A stretch of DNA of 17,860 nucleotides, from the NCBI RefSeq assembly GCF_006345805.1, contig NW_021824741.1, positions 1 to 17,860 on the forward strand. Reading direction: 5' to 3'. Under the pieces are notes generated by a model. The model ran no database searches, was not told where the DNA came from, and was given only the letters and a program-made list of their open reading frames with translations. A program made the translations under genes and the position numbers. This document shows, piece by piece, positions 1 through 7,594 of this stretch; within the stretch, counting starts at the first letter, position 1, and every line of letters begins with the position of its first letter. This DNA is from Octopus sinensis. Taxonomy: Eukaryota.

Positions 1-232
1 GCTTGCAGAGAAGAATGATGGCGTCCGTTGACATCTTTCTCTGGCTGTGGCTATTCGAGATGTGTTCGATTAACTCGTTGCAGTCCCGCAAGACCCAGAG
101 GGCAATAAAACTAGCACAAGTTAATTCAAAGGACCAGTATTCGGTGATACGACAGGGCTAAATATAATAAGCATTTTTTGAATTTGCTATTAGGCTGCAC
201 ACTGGAAGAAAATATATACTTCAAGAATGGGT

Positions 233-770
233 TGGGGTCTTTTCGGAAAGTGGGCCGCATCAGGCGGGCCGCACTACTAAGAAAATTGAAGCTTTTTTTT
301 TTACAAGTATGTCTTCTATTTGACTTTGTTTCCTCATAACTTTCAGAAAATGGATATTTTCAATGAAATTTTCTGAGCAGGCGTATACAATACACAGGGT
401 ATACAACGAAAAAGAAGGGACATATTCATGGCATACAAAGGTTATTTTTAAGAAATGGGAGGAGAGGACGATAGAGATGTAGTCCCCCTGATACAGGATG
501 ACCTCTTGGGTTAAACGAGGAACCCTACTATCAGAGATTTCCCTGAAACCCCAGGAGCAAGTGCCTTCTCCACTTCTATCTATCCGACTCACAAGTCTAC
601 ACTTAGAGATACATAAAAGGTATTTATTGAAAATATAATTAATAAATGCTCATTTTATTTAAAGCTATGAGGAAACAAAGTCGAAGTTTACATCTATGCA
701 GGTATGTCACTTATCTTTTGTTAAGCGTACTTTTCAGAAAGTCCCGCGAGCCGCAGGTTGTTCACGACTG
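233..770. mobile_element. Degenerate hAT-like MITE / foldback remnant (left terminus not identified)
   Basis: Inverted repeat 319-343 vs 661-685 (23/25 complementary), extended by atattttcaat (354-364) vs attgaaaatat (626-636). The right end cccgcgagccgcaggttgttcacgactg (743-770) and gcgggccgca (264-273) resemble hAT/Charlie-type subterminal motifs as I recall them. Confidence 0.4.
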
Positions 771-846
771 GTATAGGCGTTGTATTCTTGAGCTCAAGAC
801 ATTTCATTTCATGTTTCTCCTGTCAGTTCAGCTATAGATGAGTTAA

Positions 847-920
847 CCTTGCGAGGGACTGGCGTCCCGTACAGGGGGAGATTGTAGGAATCTCAGTCAC
901 TTTTAGGCTATGGAAACCGG
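847..920 (+). mobile_element. Decayed SINE internal/tail fragment (V/Meta-type-like)
   Basis: ccttgcgagggactggcgtcccgtacagggggag...gctatggaaaccgg resembles the widespread metazoan SINE segment 'cctgcgatggactggcgtcccgtccagggg...gctacggaaaccgg' (from memory). Confidence 0.4.
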
Positions 921-984
921 CCCCGTGTGTCCAAGAGACAATACTTAATTGTATTTAACCGGTATTTTTACCTTATCAAGAAAC

Positions 985-1033
985 GCGTAGCTCAGTGGTC
1001 AGTGTCGCGTGAAGGTTGAGGTTTCGATTCCGG

Positions 1034-1037
<4 letters not shown>
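985..1037 (+). mobile_element. tRNA-derived SINE head remnant (Pol III A and B boxes)
   Basis: A box tagctcagtgg (988-998) and B-box-like gtttcgattcc (1021-1031). The interval is too short and cannot fold into a full cloverleaf. Confidence 0.55.
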
Positions 1038-1038
<1 letters not shown>

Positions 1039-1125
<87 letters not shown>

Positions 1126-1128
1126 GTA
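1039..1128. repeat. (TA)n microsatellite
   Basis: Direct reading. Confidence 0.97.
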
Positions 1129-1264
1129 TAGGTTATAAGAGATAATGGTGTCACTGAGACCCAAAGGTGTCAGGTAATGCTGCATAAGTGCTATAGACAG
1201 ACCATAGTTAAGTTCTAGATTCGGTGATATAGCGAATAAAGGGTTCAACGTTGGTTCTATGTCA

Positions 1265-1486
1265 GCGTGTGTATATAAGAATTTTTTGCGTAATAAGATA
1301 AAAAAAACCAAGGCTGTGAAGATATTAGACCAGTTATAGATAGAAGGTCTTACAGCTTGTTTCTAGGATATTATTAATAAATATCCTAGAAACAGCTGTA
1401 AGACCTTCTATCTATAAATGCTCTAATATCTATACAGCCTTGGTTTTTTATCTTATTGTGCAAAAAATTCATATATATATACACGC
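1265..1486. mobile_element. ~220-bp near-perfect palindrome (foldback/MITE-like element)
   Basis: Left arm gcgtgtgtatataagaattttttgcgtaataagataaaaaaaaccaaggctgt...tatagatagaaggtcttacagcttgtttctaggatatt is the reverse complement, with few mismatches, of the right arm ending ...gcaaaaaattcatatatatatacacgc. There is almost no spacer; centre ~1376. Confidence 0.85.
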
Positions 1487-1642
1487 AAGTGTGCTGGAAA
1501 ATACAAATGTTATTTGAAGTGAGTGTCTGTTCGTCCTGGATTACAATGCGAGGAATATCAGAAACACACGCGAGTCGGGTAAAGTCGATGCTTTTACACT
1601 GATTCCAGTGTTTCTTAGTGAAATTTACGTGTGTATTCTTAC

Positions 1643-1685
1643 CTGTGTAGTGAATCATATTGTGTGTGCGTGTAAGTATATATCA
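1643..1685 (-). other. Candidate 43-nt exon (possibly 5'UTR plus start codon)
   Basis: Minus strand reads gattttgttcatccccacag|tgatat...acaatATGattcactacacag|gtaaga: pyrimidine tract with CAG acceptor and a consensus CAG|GTAAGA donor. No homology support. Confidence 0.25.
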
Positions 1686-1769
1686 CTGTGGGGATGAACA
1701 AAATCGGTGCGGCGAACAAAACTTCATCGGTATTTGATTGCAGCCGAGGCTTCTGTATTTACGCGAAGG

Positions 1770-1975
1770 ACGATTGGCGTTTCGTTCGTCGCCCGATCGA
1801 TAAAACATGAACCGGCCAAAGTGCTGTACTTAATTCCTTGAAGGCATTGCTCCAACATGACCGCAGCTCAACCGGGAAGAACAGAAGGCTGAAGACACCA
1901 AACCACTCTTCCACCCCCAACACTCCAATCAATCGATCGATCCATCCGCTCCCTTTGGCCAGTCACGTGACACGG
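1770..1975. promoter_or_regulatory. CpG-rich promoter-like segment with palindromic E-box GTCACGTGAC and CCAAT boxes
   Basis: GTCACGTGAC 1962-1971, CCAAT 1925-1929, ATTGG 1773-1777, ATCGAT repeats at 1795-1802 and 1932-1941. Part of 1790-1870 looks like a decayed SINE tail. Confidence 0.3.
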
Positions 1976-2192
1976 TTTGATCTCCCGATAACCTCGTCCG
2001 AATCAACATCGCCTAAAGCTGCTCTCTCCATTCTTTCTCATTCTACAGTTTTCCTTGACCTTTTTTCCTTCCTTCCTTTCTTTTATTTTTGCCATCATTC
2101 GTTCATATCTCTCATTCCGTCATACTGATCTTACGCAATTCATTCGCTCATTGTTTCCTTCTTTTCCTTTCACTCCCTCTTTTCCCTTTGTG

Positions 2193-2274
2193 GTAGCAGC
2201 AGCAGTAGTAGTAGTAGTAGTAGTAGCAGCAGCAGCAGTAGTAGTAGTAGTAGTAGTAGTAGTAGCCCAGCAGC

Positions 2275-2312
<38 letters not shown>

Positions 2313-2420
2313 CAGCAGCAGTTGTAGTAGTAGTAGCAGCAGTAGTAGTAGTAGTAGCAGCAGCAGCAGCAGTTGTAGTAGTAGTAGCAGTAGTGGTGGT
2401 GGTGGTGGTGGTTGGGGTAG
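2193..2420. repeat. Compound (GTA)n/(GCA)n/(GTG)n microsatellite
   Basis: Direct reading. Confidence 0.95.
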
Positions 2421-2476
2421 CAATGGTTTTGTTGATTGAGGCAGTTTGTGCAACTTCTAAAATGATGGTATTGTTG

Positions 2477-2614
2477 TCACGTTCTGAGTTCAAATTCCGC
2501 CGAGGTCGACTTTGCCTTTCATCCTTTCGGGGTCGATAAATTAAGTACCAGTTACGCACTGTCCTTGTTTGTCCCCTCTGTGTTTAGCCCCTTGCGGGTA
2601 GTAAAGAAATATGT
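2477..2614 (+). mobile_element. SINE body + tail A fragment (headless, with internal deletion)
   Basis: acgttctgagttcaaattccgccgaggtcgactttgcctttcatcctttcggggtcgataaattaagtaccagttacgcactg|tccttgtttgtcccctctgtg... matches the 184-bp array unit, with ~33 nt removed at a ctg microhomology. Confidence 0.9.
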
Positions 2615-2821
2615 ATTGTTGTCCTTTATCTCCTGCCCAGTTCTAATTAAAGAGCATTTTAATGGTGACCATCCCATCGAATTTTTAGATAATGGATCCT
2701 TACTTCAAGATAAAATATACTTTGAGGGGAATTTGGTTGTCGTTTCTAACAGGTCTTGCGGCCGCGCACACTCCTTCGTTATTATTGTTTGTTGCCCGGA
2801 AGTGACACAACAACAACAAAC

Positions 2822-3030
2822 AATAATGGTTTGTTGTGGAGAGATTAGCGGCCCAGGTAGAGCTGTCGAAGTCCACCGTGGATCTAATATATTGTTTGTA
2901 CACCATTGCTGTTGTTTCTTTCTCCCACCCAGAAGTGCAACCTGTAATTCTTCTAAACATCTTCGTCGCTTCATTTTCTTTGAGTCTTCAATGAGGAAGG
3001 AATAGAAAACTCCGAGTATTTCTTTCTTCT
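2822..3030 (-). pseudogene. Decayed non-LTR retrotransposon ORF2 fragment (end of RT/thumb region, I/Jockey-like)
   Basis: Minus frames give KEILGVFYS (cf. KILGVTFD) then, after a frameshift and stop, RRITGCTSGWEKETTAMVYKQYIRSTVDFDSSTWAANLSTTNH, resembling the LINE motif 'ALAGTxWGxxKETLxxxYKxxIRSxLxYAxPxWSPNLS'. Confidence 0.55.
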
Positions 3031-3123
3031 GTGCGACAGCTTTCACTATTCAGTCCTTTTCTCCCTCTTTCTTTGCTTCTTTGTTTTTCTTTCTTTTTTC
3101 TTTTCTTTCTCTTTCTTCTCTCT

Positions 3124-3262
3124 CTTTTACTCTTTTACTCTTTTACTTGTTTCAGTCATTTGACTGCGACCATGCTGGAGCACCGCCTTTAGGTCGAGCA
3201 ATGCTAGGGAGACAAACACAGACACACAAACACATACACACACATACATATATATATAATAT

Positions 3263-3320
<58 letters not shown>

Positions 3321-3482
3321 CATATATACGACAGGCTTCTTTCTTTCTTCCCGTCTACCAAATCCACTCACAGGCTTTGGTCGGCCCGGGGCTATAGCAG
3401 AAGACACTTGCCCAAGATGCCACGCAGTGGGACTGAACCTGGAACCATGTGGTGTTGGTTAGCAAGCTACTACTTACCACAC
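3124..3482 (-). mobile_element. OR1-like CORE-type tRNA-SINE with expanded internal (CA)/(TA) tract
   Basis: Minus-strand head gtgtggtaagtagtagcttgctaaccaacaccacatggttccaggttcagtcccactgcgtggcatcttgggcaagtg (B-box-like ggttcagtccc; CORE-like cttgggcaagt) and tail gcggtgctccagcatggtcgcagtcaaatgactgaaacaagtaaaaga. Confidence 0.85.
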
Positions 3483-3589
3483 TTCCTTCATTTTCTTTTT
3501 GCATTGACTTCTTCTGACATTCATTCATTCATCACGTTCTTCCTTCCTTCACTTTTTCATCCTTTTCTTCATTCATTCAGTAATTCAAA

Positions 3590-4340
3590 GACAAATTGAA
3601 CGAATGCAAAAATAAAAAGGGAAAGAAATCAACAAAGAAATGACGGAATCGAGGAAAGAAAAGAGAGAACGATGAATGAACGAATAAAAAGACGAAGAGG
3701 CAAAGGAAATAATAATGAGAGATAAAAACAATGAAGAATGGACGAACGAAAGAAGGAAAAAATCGTAAAGGAAAATGAATGAACCAAAGAACAAAGAAGA
3801 AATGAATGGGAGAAAGAAGAATGAGAGAAGGAAGGAAAAAATGGAGGAATGGCAGAAAGAATGAAAGAAATGAAGGAATTGAAGGAAGGAAGGAAAGTGT
3901 AAAGGAAGAAAGGAAAAATAAATGAAAAAGGAAAAATATATGAAGGAAGGAAAAATGAAGGAATGGACGGAAGAAGGAAAGAAGCATGAATGAGAGAAGG
4001 AAGAAAAAATAAATGAAAGAATGGAAGGAATAAAAGAATGAGGGAAAGAAGGAAAAATAAATGAATGAAAGGGAGGAAAATAAATGGCGGGAAGGAAAGA
4101 AATGAAGGAATGGCGGGAAGAAACAAAGAAGCGTAAATGAGAGAAGGAAAGAAAGAGTAAATGAAGGAATAGAAAGAAGGAAAGAGTAAGGGAAGGAAGA
4201 GAAGAATCAATGAAGGAATGAAGGGAAGAAAAAGTAAATGGAGGAATAGAAAGAAGAAAAGAGTGAGGGAAGGAAGAGAAGAATGAATGAAAGGAATGAA
4301 GGGAAGAATAAATGAACCAGTGAATGAAAGAAAAATGAAA
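3590..4340. repeat. Purine-rich (GAA/GGAA/GAAT) low-complexity tract, including a ~77-bp direct duplication near 4153-4308
   Basis: Almost no C on the + strand; agtaaatg recurs at 4156 and 4233 with matching downstream sequence. Confidence 0.9.
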
Positions 4341-4654
4341 GAATGATAAAATTCTGTGAAGCAATCAAGGAAATTTCGGACAAAAAAAAAAAAGGGGATA
4401 AAAAAAAACTAAGTAAAACTATTATAAAAAAATGTGAATATAAATGGCCAGAGACATTTTTGTATGGGTTTGAAGAGGAAGGGACAGCGCCCATTGCCGG
4501 GTCCTCGAGATTGGTAAGGAGTGGAGGGAGGAATTATAATTGTGCTGATAGAATAAGGAGCAGCAGTGATGTCGATGTATGGAGTTATTTGTCCCCAGAT
4601 TGGGATCTGAGGATTTGAAGAATGGACATTAGAGCTGAAGGCAACTAGGGGCCA

Positions 4655-5252
4655 GATGGGGGAGGGGGGAAGAATGTAGGGGGGAGAGGAGACAGTGGGG
4701 TAGTGATGGAGGTGGTAGTGGAGGCAACGGTGGTGGTGGTGGTGGTTTGGGGAAGGGAGACTAGGAGTATCGAACTGAGGAGAGAGAGAGAGAGAAAGAG
4801 TGAGAGAGGGGGAGGCTGTATCTGTGGGGAGAGGTAGGAGGAGAAAGGTAAGACGAAAGATGGGTGGGGGTTGATTGAGGGAGGGAGAGAAAGAGAGAGA
4901 GAGAGAGAGAATGTAGAATGATAGTAAAAGAGTGAAGGAGAAAGGAAAGAGGTGAGTGGTGTGAAGCATAAGTTATCTCTCTCTCTCTTTCTCTCCCCCC
5001 TCTCTCTCTTCTCTTTCTCTCTTCTCTTTCTCTCTCTCTCTATGTATATATATGAGATAGAGAGAGATGAGAAGAGGAAGGAGTAACATTTAAAAAGAGA
5101 CACGGTGTGGAAGGGAGAGCAGAGAGCGAAAGAAAATGAAGGAATTAAAGATGACAAATATGAAAGAGGAAAGGAATGAAATGAAAGATGGACATAGAGA
5201 GAGGGAGAGAGAGAGAGAGAGAGAGAGACAGAAGAGAAAATAGTAAGGAGAG

Positions 5253-5286
<34 letters not shown>

Positions 5287-5600
5287 AGGCATAAACGAAA
5301 GAGAAAAAGACAAGTCGATGAGAAGAAACGGAGAAAGGATAGAGAGGGGGAAAGAGAGGAAGGATTGGAATGGAAGTGGAGAGTGAGAGTGAAATGTGAG
5401 GGAGGATGAAGAGAGTGAAGGATTGAGACTGAAGGGGGGGAGGGCGTGATAGAGAGTTAGAGAGAGGGGGTGAATGACAGAGAGGTAGTGAGAGAGCGGG
5501 AATAATAGACAGTTAGAGAGAGGGGTGAATGATAAATAGAGAAGAAGTAAGGAAGAGCAAGGGAGAGTGTGGGTAGATTAGGTAGAAAGATAGGTGAAGA
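4655..5600. repeat. (GA)n / G-rich low-complexity tract with a short inverted (CT)n block near 4975-5040
   Basis: Direct reading. Confidence 0.85.
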
Positions 5601-6109
5601 GATGCGATGGACGAAAGAGAGCGTATGTTGAAGACGAAGCTGAGAACCGGAAGAAGGAGAAAGAAGCGGGAAAGGCGTCGTATGAAGGAAGGACGAAGAG
5701 AAGGAGGCAGCGCAGGCGTAATGAAGGCCGGGAGAGAAAAAGAGAATGAAAAAGCCCCTTCTAATGGCCCGAAGGATGATCTGGCATTCGCGAAGAGGTT
5801 ATATGAAAGGTGAAAGCGAATCTGCAATTAAAAGAGAACTAACGAGAACACGAGACATTAAAAGGAGAGCGCGTGTTGCGCTGTTTCCACACCTGCCTTC
5901 CATGTTGCCATGAAAAGTCACCTTAATTGCACAGATGCGAGTATTTGCATGCATCAATGCAGATTTTGCAGAATCGTTTGCAGTTTGCAGCAGAGACGCA
6001 ACCGCTGAACCGAACCGGGTTCATTTTACACTCGAGGATTGATCTAAAGCGCGAATCGTTAATAATGGTTTCGTTTCACTAAACATAATGCAGATCTTGC
6101 TAAAGATAC

Positions 6110-6201
6110 ATATATATATATGTGTGTGTGTGTGTTATATATATATATATATTATATATATATATATATATATAATATATGTATGTATATATATATATTT
6201 G

Positions 6202-6233
<32 letters not shown>

Positions 6234-6540
6234 TGTATATATATAATATGTATATATGTATATATATAATGTATATATATATATATATGTATATATATTA
6301 TATATAATATATAATGTATATATATGTATGTATATATATATATTATATATATATGTATATATATAGTATTATATATTATGTGTATATATATATATATATG
6401 TATATATGTTATATATATAATATATATATATTGTATAATATATATATATGTATATATATAATATTATGTATATATTAATATATAATAGATATATATGTAT
6501 ATATATATATATTTTATATGTATGTATGTATGTATGTATA
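6110..6540. repeat. Degenerate (TA)n/(TATG)n microsatellite
   Basis: Direct reading. Confidence 0.95.
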
Positions 6541-6686
6541 TTGTTTCAGTCGATGGGCTGTGGCCATGCTGGGGCACCACCCTGAATGATTTTAGTCGAC
6601 CCCAACGCTTATTTTTAAACCTAGTACTTATTCCACAGATTTCTTTTGCTGAACTGGTAAATTACAGGAACGTAAACAAACCAACC
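6541..6686 (-). mobile_element. OR1-like SINE 3' half
   Basis: ttgtttcagtc...ggccatgctggggcacc...ctagtacttatt...cgtaaacaaaccaacc is the reverse of the family tail. Confidence 0.8.
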
Positions 6687-7022
6687 TTCCCAACCACATG
6701 GTTCCAGGTTCAGTCCCACTGCGTGGCACCTTGGGCAAGTGTCTTCTTCTATAACCTCGGACCGCACACAAGGCTTCTGTAGTCTTGTGTGTGGATTTGG
6801 TAGACGGAAACTGAAAGAAGGTCATCGTATTCCCCAACCACCGTCTGACAATGGGTGTTAGTATGTTTATGTCCCCCGTAACTTAGCGGTTCGTCATAAG
6901 AAACCGATAGAATAACTACCAGACTTTAAAAGAAAAAGTATTGGACTTAATTCGTTCGAGTAAAGTTCTCCAAAGCAGGGTCCCAGCATGGCCGTAATCT
7001 GATAACTGAAATAAGTAAAAGA
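6687..7022 (+). mobile_element. OR1-like CORE-type SINE, near full length
   Basis: aaccacatggttccaggttcagtcccactgcgtggcaccttgggcaagtg...gatttggtagacggaaactgaaag...cccgtaacttagcggttcg...cccagcatggccg...actgaaataagtaaaaga. Confidence 0.85.
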
Positions 7023-7037
7023 TACATACAACGTGTT

Positions 7038-7182
7038 TCTTCTAGTTTCCGTCTACCAAATCTAGTCACGAGGCTTTGGTCGGTTCGAGGCTATGGTGGA
7101 AGTCTTGCCTGAGGTACCATGCAGAGGGACTGAACCTGGAACCATATGGTCGAGAAGCAGGCTTCTAACCGCAAAGGCACGC
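7038..7182 (-). mobile_element. OR1-like SINE 5' half
   Basis: tttccgtctaccaaatc...gggactgaacctggaaccatatgg, reverse of the head. Confidence 0.8.
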
Positions 7183-7311
7183 ATACACGCGCCAAATCAC
7201 AGCCGTCACTCACGAGCAAGTATGACATGGTAGTATGTGCTATGCTTTCATTAACTACATGTGTGTGTGCGTGTGCATGCGCGCGCGCTTTGCTGTAAAC
7301 AAACCAAAACT

Positions 7312-7502
7312 GCCTGGTGACCGATGCTGGTTTGTTTACGTCCCCGTAACGTAGCCGCTCGTTAAAAGAGACCGCTAGAAATAAGTACCAGTCTTTTAAA
7401 AGAAAATAAAGTCCTGGGGTCGATTTGTTCGGCTAAAAACCCTTCATGGCGGTGCTCCAGCATGGCCTCAGCATAGTGACTGAAACAAATAAAATAAAAG
7501 AT
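7312..7502 (+). mobile_element. OR1-like SINE 3' half
   Basis: tgtttacgtccccgtaacgtagc...gtcctggggtcgatttgttcg...gcggtgctccagcatggcc...gactgaaacaaataaaa. Confidence 0.85.
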
Positions 7503-7594
7503 ATTAAGTATGTGAAAAGATAATCCTTATCTTCTTTCGTTAATCCGGAAGATGGGACAGAGATATGATGAGTCAATAGAAAAGCCAATGACAA

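Noticed and set aside
985-1037. Functional tRNA gene
   Set aside because: A and B boxes are present, but the anticodon arm and acceptor stem are missing; this is a SINE head remnant.
1795-1802. DRE-like promoter element (gatcgata)
   Set aside because: It falls within what looks like a decayed SINE tail (gaccgatagaat-like), so it is not independent evidence for a promoter.
4343-4618. 91-aa ORF MIKFCEAIKE...
   Set aside because: No recognisable domain, an A-run-derived N-terminus and no convincing splice signals.
3577-5313. Long F/S/L-rich ORFs (up to 259 aa)
   Set aside because: These result from the lack of stop codons on the pyrimidine strand of low-complexity tracts.
5607-5813. 68-aa basic ORF MDERERMLK...
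   Set aside because: Continuation of the purine-rich tract; the composition explains the R/K/E content.
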